A DNA stretch of 64,000 nt from Nemertoderma westbladi (Eukaryota; Animalia; Xenacoelomorpha): positions 1-64,000 of the forward strand of contig JAUCBJ010006956.1 of the NCBI GenBank assembly GCA_032718475.1, read 5' to 3'. The position numbers and the translations under genes were made by a program. The notes beneath the pieces are model-generated. The model had not been told where the DNA came from and did no database searches. It saw nothing but the letters and a program-made list of their open reading frames with translations. Position 1 is the first letter of the stretch; each line of letters starts with the position of its first letter. Shown one piece after another: positions 45,807 through 60,689 of the stretch.

Positions 45807-46215
45807 AGTATCATCTTGGAAAACAAGTATTATGCAAATTTTGTACAAGGGTAAAGGTTCGCGATCTGATCCCGATTGCTATAGAGGTATAGCTCTACTC
45901 TGCAATGCATTTAAAATACTAAGTAGTCTGGTAGAGAAACGTCTAAGCCATAACAATTTGGCTACATGCCCGGTTTATCTACAGCAACCCACAGCGCAAT
46001 GTATTAATCGTATATATAGCAACCTAACGTTGCCTAGACAACCACTATACGCGGTTTATATAGATTTCCGGAAAGCGTTCGATAGCGTTCCACGCTACTC
46101 CTGATAATCGAAGCGATTTTAAGTACAAATTACATACAAATCTATGACGGTTTAAACAAGTCTGAAATAATACAGCAAGTACGTGGTGTCCTCCAGGGGG
46201 ACAGTCTGAGCATCT
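45807..46215 (+). pseudogene. LINE RT remnant, right part, continuing 30810-31496
   Basis: SSWKTSIMQILYKGKGSRSDPDCYRGIALL...YIDFRKAFDSV and GVLQGDSLS motifs. Confidence 0.85.
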
Positions 46216-47510
46216 AACTACATCGCAGACATAATCATTTTGTTATTCGTACAGTTTGTACTAGATTCGCAGTACACTGCTTCCATTTCCGGATATGTTG
46301 CACCAAAAGATTTCACCAACCCCCACACAGCTGTATCTGTAACCTATGCGTCGAGGCCGCACCACTTTACCATCTTATCTTCTTTTCAAAAAATAGCAAA
46401 AGGTTATCAAACTGGGCTTCATCTTGATCCAAATATGTATTTTTTAAATAATTTTACTATTTATTCATAAAATGCGCTGTGCTATTATTGTAATGTTGTG
46501 TTTAAATTTTATTGGTTTGTACTGTAGTAAATGCCAACAACAGACTTAATAAATAAAATAAATAAAAAATAAAAATAAATAAATATAAATATAAATTGTA
46601 CTGTGCATAGTACCTTTACATCTTTATCATCGGTATTGTCACGCTCTTGGTAAAGTTGTACATGTACATAGTGTAATCACGTTTTATATTGGTTTTAGGT
46701 TAGCGTAGAGTAATATTGTATTTGTAACCAAGTAACATAAAGGACCCCCTTGGAAATAAGCTGCAAAGCTTTAGGGGTAATCCTATATGTTATGTTGGAC
46801 AATACCTTTATACCGGTACATTGTTTGGTGTATTTGTTATTGTTTTTACGTAATGTATAAATAAATCTATCTATCTAACAAGCTATAAATTGCGTCATTA
46901 TGACCACTACAAATGTGGCTAGTGGCAAAACGTCCTATCGTGACCTTACCTATGATCGCGATTGTAGTGGGATAACTTTGGTGACCTTGAGCACTGGGTA
47001 GACTTCAACCAAATTTTAAAAAATTTCCACCATTTGGCAAATTTTTTGGGCCAGCCTACATCGCATACCAAGCTAGTCTTGAACCCACGCCACCTGGCCA
47101 GCTCAGAATTAAAAATGCTCTTGTTTAGCTTTGTTCCACTGCGCTGTTTAAAGTACGTAAACATTTTTACAGTTACTAATAGAGAAAAGTATTTCTACCC
47201 ACAACCCCATCTGGCAAAGAAAGAATTGGATTTTCTTTCGACACGAAGGGGCTTGTAGTTTTGATGCGGACATACAATAATGGCTGGAGTGGTGGCGGGA
47301 TGTATGGTTCCTCTGTCGTTTTAAAATTTTATGAATATTAAGTAATTCTTAATAAATGTTGTTATTTTATTTGTTTTTATTATTCAAACCATTTTATAAT
47401 TAACTTTGAAAACACAAAGTACACGCACATTCATAGTAATACAATAATTATAAATAACAATAATAATTGTTCAGCCAGTAAAGTAAAATCCTGATAACCA
47501 ACGATTGAAC

Positions 47511-49088
<1,578 letters not shown>

Positions 49089-49917
49089 TTATGTTATGGT
49101 TTAACTCTGAATCATGTAACCGATACTCTGGGTACACCGGTACTGGTACTGCGTTACCAAAGTACCTAGGCTGCCACCAAACCTTACCAGACCCAGGAGT
49201 CACAGGACCATCAGCAGCCTATAATAAATCAGTAAATAGCGCAGTATTATTATTATTATTAGGTTTGGGATATACTGATATAGGACTGTAGGAGTGAACC
49301 AGGCACTGAACAGTCAGAAGTACAAGTATGAAAGTGATGACGTTGATGACGTTGATATGCCAGTTGCCGCAGGTTGCCAAATGGGAATGAGATTGTGTTT
49401 TATGATCTATTACTGTACGGTACCGTATAACCGTGGTATAACACACAATTAAATGTAGTTTATAAATCTGAAACCGGAAATTAAAAGTAAAAAACTGGTA
49501 TTTTTCTACAGGCGCTCTGCGCTACTATACTGAATAACTGAATTCTGATTAAGGCGAAAAGGGAAGTGATTTTTTATGTCCTTTTATTTGACTTTTTTTG
49601 TCATTTTTTTTTTACGAATTATGCATAATGACTTTTGTTGTCCATTTAATGACTTTTATTGTCCATTTAATGACTTTTTATGTATGTATTTCTTCAAACT
49701 GTCAGACTGCTGATTTCTGGACTGCCAGACAGTTGATTTCACTATGCCTGTGCCAAAACATTGCATGATTCCATGATTTATAGACTATGAGATAGATTTC
49801 CATATGCGCCTGTGGTAAAAAGACTATATTTAATAGTTTGTGGTTGTTGTCGATAATCGATTACCACATGACGTAGCAAAACACTCATTTTATTGCCAAA
49901 AACAATTACCAATTGAT

Positions 49918-50753
49918 GGAAAGGAGCAGGTTAAGGCCGAGTTTTCTAACCAAAACAATAAACAGTCACTTTACCAAATCAGGGAAAGGAGCAGGTTACA
50001 GAGACGGGATTTTCTAACCAAAACAATAAACGATCACTTAACTAATTGAGGGAAAGGAGCAGGTTACAGAGGCGGGATTTTCTAACCAAAACAATAAACG
50101 ATCACTTAACTTATTGAGGGAAAGGAGCAGGTTACAGAGGCGGGATTTTCTAACCAAAACGATAAACGATCATTTAACTAATTGAGGGAAAGGGACAGGT
50201 TACAGAGGCGGAATTTTCTAACCAAAACAATAAACGATCACTTAACTTATTGAGGGAAGGGAGCAGGTTACAGAGACGGGATTTTCTAACCAAAACAATA
50301 AACGATCACTTAACTAATTGAGGGAAAGGAGCAGGTTACAGAGGCGGGATTTTCTAACCAAAACAATAAACGATCACTTAACTTATTGAGGGAAAGGAGC
50401 AGGTTACAGAGGCGGGATTTTCTAACCAAAACAATAAACGATCACTTAACTAATTGAGGGAAATGAGCAGGTTACAGAGGCGGGATTTTCTAACCAAAAC
50501 AATAAACGATCATTTAACTAATTGAGGGAAAGGGGCAGGTTGCAGAGGCGGGCCTTTCTAACCAAAACAATAAACGGTCACTTTACCAATTCAGGGAAAG
50601 GAGCAGGTTACAGAGGCGGGATTTTCTAACCAAAACAATAAACGATCATTTAACTAATTGAGGGAAAGGGGCAGGTTACAGAGGCGGGATTTTCTAACCA
50701 AAACAATAAACGATCATTTAACTAATTGAGGGAAAGGAGCAGGTTACAGAGAC
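49918..50753 (+). repeat. 68-bp tandem satellite, ~12 copies
   Basis: GGGAAAGGAGCAGGTTACAGAGGCGGGATTTTCTAACCAAAACAATAAACGATCACTTAACTAATTGA units at 49982, 50050 and onward. Confidence 0.97.
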
Positions 50754-51152
50754 GATAAAACTAATACAGTAATAGGCCTAAATTATGTGAAAGGTATATC
50801 CACATTTTAAAAATCCTGCAATCCAGTTTGGCCTATCAATTATTTAAAATTTATTAGCACAACCGGTAGGCCTACCATTACCGTATTTAAATGGTAGGCT
50901 ACACAGTAGGCCAATAGCAGTACCGGTGCCGGTACCGGTACTAAAATACAGAAATACCTGCTTTATACCTTCATCTGTACATACAATACAGCAAAATAGT
51001 GCTATATATACTAATACCGGTACTGATAGCCTGAGAGAACAGCAGTAGAGAAACGAAAAAAAAGGACAAAAAAAGGATTTAAACGGACAATAACAATTAT
51101 TGCGGGCGAAAAGTTAGGGACAGAAAGGTCATGGCGGCCCGGGTGCACTTTT

Positions 51153-51183
<31 letters not shown>

Positions 51184-51579
51184 ACCCCACCCCACCCCCT
51201 GTTGTATCTGTGTTATGCATTGCTTATTTTATCAAATTACTGTATTTTAGTATATTAATATACAGTAATTATTGATTTACACCTGTGTAATTAATACATT
51301 GGAACTTTAATGGATATTATTAAATGGTGCGTCCCTGGCCTAACGGCCGAATAAAATTTACTTTGCTTAATTTATAAAATAAACCTACAACTCTACATAA
51401 ATTGAAGCGCCACCACGCGGCGGCTCATAATCATTTTTCCAAAAATTCGTATGGTAGTTATATTATTTCCTCACGGTTGCACTATTGTAAAAAAACGGCA
51501 TGTTAATTGACTATACATCACGATCACCGTGTCCATCGCAGCACTGACGTGTCGCCATTACCGTAGTAGTCGAAGGTGT

Positions 51580-52970
51580 CATGTTGGGAAGTGGGTTTGA
51601 TACGCCTAGAGTGTGGTACCTTGTTGGGAATTGGGTTTGGTACTCCTCGAGTGTGGCACCCTGCTGAGAAGTGTGTAACCCGGCTGAGAAGTGTGGAACT
51701 TTGATGGTGTGTGGCACAATTTTGAGAAATGGGTGTATGACTCATAGAGTGTGGTACCTTGTTGGGAAGTGGGATTGGTACTCCTAGAGTGTGGCACCTT
51801 GTTGGTAAGTGAGTGTGGGTCTCCGAGGTGGTACCTTGTTGGGAAGTGGGTTTGGTACTCCTAGAGTGTGGCACCCTGCTGAGAAGTGTGTAACCCGGCT
51901 GAGAAGTGTGGAACTTTGATGGTAAGTGTGGCACAATTTTGAGAAATGGGTGTATGACTCATAGAGTGTGGTACCTTGTTGGGAAGTGGGTTTGGTACTC
52001 CTAGAGTGTGGCACCTTGTTGGTAAGTGAGTGTGGGTCTCCGAGGTGGTACCTTGTTGGGAAGTGGGTTTGGTACTCCTAGAGTGTGGCGCCCTGCTGAG
52101 AAGTGTGTAACCCGGCTGAGAAGTGTGGAACTTTGATGGTAAGTGTGGCACAATTTTGAGAAATGGGTGTGTGACTCATAGAGTGTGGTACCTTGTTGGG
52201 AAGTGTGTTTGGTAATCCTAGAGTGTGGTACCTTGTTGGTAAGTGGGTGTGGGATTCCTAGAGTGTGGTACCTTCTTGGTAAGTGGGTTTGGTAATCCTA
52301 GAGTGTGGCACCCTGCTGAGAAGTGTATAACCCGGCTGAGAAGTGTGGAACTTTGATGGTAAGTGTGGCACAATTTTGAGAAATGGGTGTATGACTCATA
52401 GAGTGTGGTACCTTGTTGGGAAGTGTGTTTGGTAATCCTAGAGTGTGGTACCTTGTTGGTAAGTGGGTGTGGGATTCCTAGAGTGTGGTACCTTCTTGGT
52501 AATTGGGTTTGGTAATCCTAGAGTGTGGCACCCTGCTGAGAAGTGTGTAACCCGGCTGAGAAGTGTGGAACTTTGATGGTAAGTGTGGCGCAATTTTGAG
52601 AAATGGGTGTGGGACTCATGGAGTTTGGCACCTTGTTGGGAAGTGGGTTTGGTACTCCTAGAGTGTGGCACCTTGTTGGTAAGTGTGTGTGTGGGACTCC
52701 TAGAGTATGGCACCTTGTGAAGAAGTGGGTGTGGGACTCCTCTAGAGTGTGGCACCTTGTTGGAAAGTGTATGTGGGACTCCCAGAGTGTGGCTTCTTGT
52801 TGGGAAGTGCGTGTGGGACTCTTCGAGTGTGGCTGAGAAATTGGTGTGGGACTCCAAGAATGTGGCACCTTGTTGAGAAATGGGTGTGGAACTCCAAGAG
52901 TGTGGCACCTTGGTGGGAAGTGGGTGTTGGACTCCTAGAGTGTGGCACCTTGTTAGTATAGATATGTGGC
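51580..52970. repeat. GT-rich tandem repeat of ~40-bp units arranged in a ~215-220-bp higher-order repeat
   Basis: AGAGTGTGGYACCTTGTTGGKAAGTGGG...CCT units; the marker CCCTGCTGAGAAGTGTRTAACCCGGCTGAG recurs at ~51659, 51874, 52091, 52311 and 52531. Confidence 0.92.
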
Positions 52971-53100
52971 ACATTGATAGAAAGGGTGGTGCAAATAACA
53001 TTGAGTTAGAAATACTGTAAGATGTAGAATGACTATTCAAACTTTATTTATTATTAAGCAAAAATACATAAATTAATAAATAACATTATTATAACAATTG

Positions 53101-53324
53101 TTATCTCCCGATGTTAAGTTTTTCTCTTTCTTTTTTCAGCCGATTGCGTCTCTGCTCCAGTATAGACTCAACTTCTGGTGTAATCGCCATTTTGAATTTC
53201 AGTTCTCCAGACATCCCTAGGCCCTGATTGGTCCTCACTCTGTTTATCTTAGGGAGACTAGACGGCATGATTTTATGACTTCCACTTATAAAAAGAAGTC
53301 TGTCCACAAATTCAACGTGATCGC
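53101..53324 (-). CDS. Exon 4 of the methyltransferase-like gene
   Basis: Acceptor TTTGCAG|GC; GDHVEFVDRLLFISG...KLNIGR stop; the four exons sum to 1035 nt with consistent phases. Confidence 0.7.
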
Positions 53325-53439
53325 CTGCAAACGAAACGAAATTACTCAGCTGTGGTTGCAATTATAATTACTGGTGAAAGTATGCAGGCCTGCTGTGTAA
53401 AGATACCGTTATTTCTTGTTTATCTTTCCCCAGTCTTAC

Positions 53440-53525
53440 CTTCGTATTTTAGAATGCCCTCAGTTAGTTCCCTGACCCCATCAAGAATTTCTGAGTCATT
53501 GATTCTATTTAGTAGCGGAGTAAAC
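53440..53525 (-). CDS. Exon 3 of the methyltransferase-like gene (not in the ORF track)
   Basis: Acceptor TATAG|G and donor G|GTAAGA; encodes FTPLLNRINDSEILDGVRELTEGILKYE in frame. Confidence 0.7.
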
Positions 53526-53847
53526 CTATAAGAAATGATATCTATACATTACTAAACGTCGGAGACAGTTAGAAATACAATTTTGGCTTGTCTTGTTTTT
53601 TTGAATATTTGGCGCAATTTTCCATGTTATTAAGGAGTTTATTATTTTAAAATAATCGTTTTAACGATCAAAAATAAATGAACCGAACTAAAAAGGTAGC
53701 AAAAATGTTAAAAAATATGAGTAAAAATGACACAGAAAGACGTGAAAATTGAGGTTGAGAAGGAGGCAAGGGCAAGAGAAAATAGTCTTTTAGATCCAAT
53801 TGACTCATTAAATAAAAATATAAATGTTTAGATACAATAAAATCAAC

Positions 53848-54030
53848 CTCTGTTTCATCATGGCCAGCCATTTCAGTTTATCCATATGTATTGTTACTGT
53901 CTCAAGTTCCCATTCTACATCCGCCCCGGCTATCTGCAGTTGTTTCATAATATCTATGAAGGGCTTGTCTTCATTAACAAACCGTTCCACTGCGGTGGAA
54001 AAGAACGGAAGAGTGTTCAACTTTCCAGAT
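53848..54030 (-). CDS. Exon 2 of the methyltransferase-like gene
   Basis: Acceptor TTTAG|A and donor AG|GTTGAT; frame continues as RSGKLNTLPFF...KWLAMMKQR. Confidence 0.7.
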
Positions 54031-54240
54031 CTAAATGTGTTAAAGTTTGAATTTATATAATTTGAGTATAATAATTAAGAAAGGTATCACTAAGATGTAC
54101 TCATACTTGCTAACAAATTGTCCTGCTTATGGTGAACAATATCTTGTATAACAACAACTTGTAGATCATTAACACTTATAAATAACAAAGACTATGATGG
54201 CTATTACTTTGTCTTAGTCAGTATCTCCCTCGACTATTAC

Positions 54241-54782
54241 CTGTATATGATTAATATCTTCCCATTGGTCTCCAAACTCGCCATCATATTATTTAAAGTT
54301 CGCTGGGGGTCGTCCAGCTGTTCTATGCCATCTTTCACAATTATTCTGTCGTAGTTTTTATGGTTAGGATTTCCCGCATTTTCAACCATTTCTTGGAAGT
54401 ATCCATCTGCCCCGACCCAAGGAATCTCAATGGGAATCAATGCCTCTCTCGGTGTCTCCTCGATGTGAACGACTACCGGACTCACCTCGACTATGGGATG
54501 AATCAAATCAAACTGTTTCTCTAGAATTGGCGCGTAACTTCCTTTTCTATTCCCGATGTACGCGATCTTATCGTCAATCATGAACTCAACATGTCGGAAT
54601 ATTAGATCGCATATCGTTTTATCGTACTCCTCTCCGAAGGTCAGCTCCTCCGGTTCGTATACCGGAATATTGTATTCGTGACGATATGCCTCGGATATCA
54701 CGGAATACGGTGGTGGTTTACTCATTCGGCGATATCTTCCCCATACTGGCTCGTTCAAACTGCTCCTTTCAGATACCGCCAT
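54241..54782 (-). CDS. Exon 1 of a ~344-aa class I SAM-methyltransferase-fold-like protein
   Basis: ATG at 54782; KIAYIGNRKGS (motif I-like) and YDRIIVKDGIEQLDDPQRTLNNMMASLETNGKILII; donor AG|GTAATA. Confidence 0.75.
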
Positions 54783-57422
54783 TATAGAGAAGAGTTTGAA
54801 TAGTTCACATATAGTTAATAGAATTGAAATAGTTTTTATGTAAATTACCTATTGTATTGGGGAGAGCCACACATTATTATGTAATGCGTTTTATTAATTA
54901 GTCATAGGTGGTAACGGTAGCTTTGTGTCCGTCGTTTGCCAGTCTAATACACAAATAGTAAGTCCAAAATCAGCTTCACAAAATCTTTCAAAAAAATATT
55001 ACTTTCAAGTTTACCATTAACTTCAATTTTATAAAATAAATTATTAAAAGTAAACCAAAAAAACGCAGCTCCATTTCTTCGGTCGGGCTATACTACTGTA
55101 GCACCATTGCTACAGTATATCCCGGCTGCAGCAGTAAATAAATAAAGAATCTTATGTAGTGTAGTATGTATAAATGTGGAATTAATCTGATATCTTTATA
55201 TGGAAGTTATGAAAAAATGTTAAAAACTAATGTATTTATTGTTGAAACATCGGCCATTCGGCCATCCATAGGCCTCGCCTACAGTAATAATTGCTTTCCA
55301 TGCAATTTGCTAAATACAGTACAAATGGCCCCTCGTCAAACTACAGTATGAAAACGTTTTGCACATTTACGTGGTCCGTTCTTAATCTCTAGCAACCACA
55401 TGGGGGAGGAAAACTTTAACTTTGCTTTACTTTAACGTTGTCACGCACTCACATTCATCAATTTATTTCAAATGTCTGTCTATTTATTATTACAAATAAT
55501 CAGCAAATGCAAATGAAAACCAGCTGCGGGAATTAAGAATTTTTCCACAAAAATTATCCCAATCTTACAGTTAGTCTAATTTCTTTAATTTTTGGAACAA
55601 CATTTTTGGATTTGCAGCACCATTCCATTTCCAATGTCAGTTTTCACATGTAATGCTTGTGTCTCGCTGTTTGTCAATTACAGTATGAAGGGCAAACAGA
55701 CATAATAATTAAATATCGCTATACTGTAGGCCCTAAACATGGTAACAGAAATTAGAAATTAGATGAAGTATTTTATTTCTTATATTTTTGACCAGACACG
55801 ACGACACAGACAGATACGGAAAAATAGAAACAGTTCTAGCACGAGATCTGCTGAGGTAGATTTCATATTTAATATCAAATACTCATTTAAATGTCCTCAT
55901 TAAATTAAATTTAATAAATACATTACTATAGGCACTGCATAAACATACAGTACTTCTACTTGTATTTAATTACAATAATCATTCGTAAATTTCAAGACAA
56001 TCTGAATAAATATATTTCGTTATCACACAAGACAATAACGTATTGGCAAACAAGAAACTATTATTCACACGCTCAAGGGTGAATGGATTTACCTATTTTA
56101 TTTTCCAATTTTCGATATAAGATGAGCCAAATACCTCAATGTGGATCCTACACTGTTGTGTGAATCTTCTAAGCCCCACAATAGGAACCTTACTTAGCAA
56201 CCAATTCGTTTCCCGGACTCTACTTTACTTACCATTATATTGTTGGAGTTAAATTATTGATTGGCAAGTAAGTACTCTGTACATTAAGTTAGTTTATTGG
56301 GAATATGGCTAGGTTTTGGGAAGAGCCAATGAGTAATGAGTTAGAGCAGAGACGTGATTAAATGCTATCAAAAGTGTAGTGATTTATTGGGAGGTTCCGG
56401 GTTTAAACATATATTTTTAGCGAAAATTGAATTATTGCTGCCGAGATCTCAATAAAAACTGAAGCTACTGTATGTAGTGGCACAAAGTGACCGCACGTTA
56501 AAAAGAAAAAGTGATCTGCAGCTCAAATTTGACGCATCCAATACAAAGTTTCGTTTAATGTTTTCGTAAGATAACACTGCCACTGGAGGGGAACCTCCTG
56601 ACTTCCTAAAATTAACCCTAAGTATAAAATTACTCCCAAAGGGGTTTTCCGTGCCTTGTTTCGGTTCCCCTGAAAAGGTTATAGAGCCCCGTGTAGGGGT
56701 TGGATTATCTTGGGGTTGACTGAGTGGAAATTCAAGCCCTGATCAAAACCTTTTGCGTACCAACAGTGCTGCCGCCTTCAAAATTCTAACTAATTCAGGA
56801 CCATGTTCATTAAGGCGGCAGTGTGCCGCCTTTATATACATAATTATAACGTAAACCCCAGGGCGACAGATAGTGCCGCCTTTACATATTTTATCCTGAC
56901 CTGAACCACAGGACGGCACGGTGCCGCCTTTATATAATAAAATGTAATTTAATATTGCTTGAAGGGATTCCTATATTGTTTTGAGGGTATTTTAAGTTAC
57001 ATAATTTATGAAATTTAATTTCTATTTAGCCAATATTTATGTCACAAAATGATTAAGGCAGCAGTGTACCACCCAAAGCAAAGAAAACAGTCGGCCGAAG
57101 GAAGCCGGACGCGACCAAAAGGCTCCTCTTTCGATGCTACCCGAAGGTGGGCTACTCGGCTACTCCTACAGTATCCCATGATTTGCTCCCAGAAATTTAA
57201 CTGGTACTCATATTATCGACCACAGTGGATGAAAGTCTGAGTGGACCCTAGCGGGGCTGAACCTACAACCAATATCGCAGGTCAGAAAGATTTAAAATTT
57301 TCAAATAAAGGAGGCAGTGTGCGGGTGATTAGAAAACAAACTGTCAACAACTGCTTAACCCTGAACGGCATACCGTACCTGTGTAAGTCTACTGCTGCAG
57401 TGCTGTAATACATACAGTACTA

Positions 57423-58944
57423 CAGTCACGGTCTCCACCACAATACTTTTGTTCCACCTACTCCACCTAAAATCCACCTGAATCCACGTTAATGGCCACT
57501 TCCACCTGGTATCCACCCATAGTCCACGTACTCCACTCAACTTACATCTTAATGTTGTTTGTCTGTCAATAATGCAACAGTTCCCAATCGTAACAACTAT
57601 TATTCTAATTAACTTTATCTCGGTATCTGTTCAATTGTGGGGAATTCCTGTGAAATTTAGCCTGCAGTGGTTTGGAGTAATACAGAAGGGTTTCCAGACC
57701 CAAGCCAAGGTGCATATACCATTGAGAAGCAGTCTGGAGGGGGGCTGATAATAATCATACTACTACCATACAGCCATGCGCGTGCAGGCCTTTGTTTAAT
57801 GTTTGCCAATTAACATAAAACATACCGTGTTTCTATTAATCTTATACAGGTGATAGCCCATTTCGATCTGCTGTAGGTGGGTTTTCCTTGATGTAAGTAA
57901 TAATACTGTAACTCGGGATGCTCCCTGTATTAAGGATTATAGAAGCCCTGTAGGCATACTGTATAGAAAAAATATACAGCAATTCGAATTGCCGCTTTAA
58001 ATAAGCAGCAATTCGTCACTAACTGCTACAAATATACCAACTACTGTAATTTGATTGATTGACAGAGACTAACAATACGTAGTTTAGGTTAGAATGTTGA
58101 TACATTCTACATTCAATATAGATTTCAATGAATTATTTTTATTATATTCAAATTAAAGAATAATATGCATTAAATGCGATAATATAAAATGTCCAATCTC
58201 GGCAAATTAATAGCTGTTTTCAACACTAAATTATTAATTGATGGAAAGGGGCAGGTTCCGGAGGCACATTATTGTAACTAAATCAATAAACGAAAGTTCA
58301 TATAACAGGTTAGGTTATAGTTTTCTTTTTGAATGTTATGAGCTGTTATTTGCGTCGATTTTTTCCCATGAGAGCGATGAAGTTTCATTGTGTCAAGGTG
58401 CGTTTATTAACATATACCGTAATAATATAGCAGAATTTAGTTGACATTTTGTCTCTTTTACATCACTTCTAATATCCAACATCAAGGGGGATTATATTAC
58501 TATCACGGCCGGGGGCTATTCAAATTTATCCACCTAACAATAACTTCCGATTAAATCCACCTAGATCCACCTGTACATCTCCACCTAAATCCACCTACTG
58601 TAGATCCACCTGTACCTCTCCACCTAAACTCCACCTAGATCCACCTGTACCTCTCCACCTAAATCCACCTAGATCCACCTGTACCTCTCCACCTAAATCC
58701 ACCTAGATCCACCTGTACCTTTCCACCTAAATCCACGTAGATCCACCTGTACCTTTCCACCTAAACTCCATCTGACTTCCAGCCAGTCCACCGAGACGAT
58801 TTTTGTTGGAAATAGGGTTCCACCGTCACCTTGTTTCCACATGTTTTGTCTGCCGAAGCCAACAATTGGATCACTCGGATTTTTTTACTATGGACTCGGA
58901 TTCAGGTGGATAAACTGCATTGTGGTGGAGAGAGAGCGTGACTG
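57423..58944. mobile_element. TA-flanked non-autonomous DNA transposon with imperfect TIRs and internal TCCACCT repeats
   Basis: CAGTCACGGTCTCCACCACAAT at 57423 vs the reverse complement of ATTGTGGTGGAGAGAGAGCGTGACTG ending at 58944. Confidence 0.6.
58553..58790 (+). repeat. ~34-bp minisatellite (TCCACCTAGATCCACCTGTACCTCTCCACCTAAA)
   Basis: About six tandem copies. Confidence 0.9.
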
Positions 58945-58950
58945 TATGTA

Positions 58951-59707
58951 CGGTGGCTGAATCAGGCCAAATAAAACCAATTTTCTTAGTCATAAAATCA
59001 TATAAAACCACTTTTCTTAGACGTGGAAAAAGCATATAAAATACTTTTATGTACTGTGCGAGTTTTAAAAATTATATAAAACCATTTTTCAAGGTCCATT
59101 AAATATCATATAAAACCACTTTTCTTAGTCGACTTAAAATCATATAAAACCACTTTTGATGTTCTGTGCGAGTTTTAAAAAACATATAAAACCACTTTTC
59201 TCGGTCGAGTAAAATCATATGAAACCACTTTCTGACTTTTCTCTATCGCAATGAGGTACCGGTACCGGTCTTGATTTCATAATCTCCTTCAGCAGATACT
59301 GTGTGCAGTAATATATGATAATAATATGATTAAAATGATTTATGGTTTTATGATTTTTACTCGACTTGAGAGAAGTGGTTTTATATTACTGTAGTAATTA
59401 ATATTTAACAGACCTGGAAAAATGGTTTTATATGATATTTAATAGACCTGGAAAAATGGTTTTATATGATTTTTATTCGACTGAGAAAAGTGGTTTTAAT
59501 GTTTTTTAAAACTCGCACGGTACATAAAACTGTAAAAATGGTTTTATATGATTTTTATTCGACTGCGAAAAGTGGTTTTATATTATTTTTAAAATTCGCA
59601 CGGTAAATAAAAGTAGTTTCATATGATTTTTCCACGACTAAGAAAAGTGGATTTATATGATTTTATGACTAAGAAAATTGGTTTTATTTGGCCTGATTCA
59701 GCCACCG
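58951..59707. mobile_element. Foldback MITE with long TIRs, TA TSD and internal AAAATCATATAAAACCACTTTTC subrepeats
   Basis: CGGTGGCTGAATCAGGCCAAATAAAACCAATTTTCTTAGTC at 58951 is inverted at the end (59707); TA on both sides. Confidence 0.92.
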
Positions 59708-60689
59708 TACTGTCTGACTGTATGTACTGTACTACAACACAACACTGCAGCACTATAGCCTACATACAGTGTACAGTACTACTAACTGTACTGCCGGTTC
59801 TGTCTAAGTTCGTTTTACTTTACTACTTTCTGACTGTACTACAGTACTATACCAGTCTGCCAGTACTGCAGTATGCTGTACCTGTTGCCTGTAGGCCAAC
59901 TGCAGTACTGCATACCTGCCCTGCATACTGTTATCAAGTTGTTGCCTACTTCCAGACTTCTGTACTTCAGTCAGTCAGTACGCAGTAAGCTACCTACAGA
60001 CCTAGCAGCTAGTGGCTTGCACGCTATTTGTAGGTAGTCATCAGTCATCAGTAGGCAGTCACCGTCTGTTCGTGTCAACGTACGGTAACGGGTAACACCT
60101 GAACACCCAGCTGTGTACAGCTGTAGGTACGGTAACGGTACGATTACCGGATTACTGGATTATCATGGCTGATTATGGAGATAGGAAAATTAAAGATGCC
60201 CAAATGCGGGCTACTATCAACCAAAAACTAGTGGAAAGCGGCGAACGCGAAAGGTAAGAGAAGAAGGGGATTTTAATGAATTTTGGTTTATTCAGTTATT
60301 TTACGTCTCTAGGGCCTATTCCAGTATTCATTATTCAAGGCAAGACAAGATCATTACTGTACCGTCAGTCCATTTTTAACATCCTGCCATCTACAGTGTA
60401 CAGATCTATCCAGCCAGCCAGCTACCGGTACCCACCCGTGCCAGGGCTGTACAGCTGTAGTGGTGACAGCGTAGAGGTAGCATTGATCATTGAATACAGG
60501 AATAAGTCACATCGTGCATCGGCAACCAGTGTCGAGTCCTTCAAGCATCTCGTGAAAAATTACTACTTCGATCGTATTCGCACCACAGCCACAGACAACG
60601 ATCAGACGATGACCACGTACTACAGACGTAGGCTATGGTAAACTAAACACCACATTCAGACATTCATATATTTAACTATTCTGTTATCT

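Noticed and set aside
51511-53040. Repetitive ORFs (MPHSRST...)
   Set aside because: Translations of the tandem repeat with no protein signature
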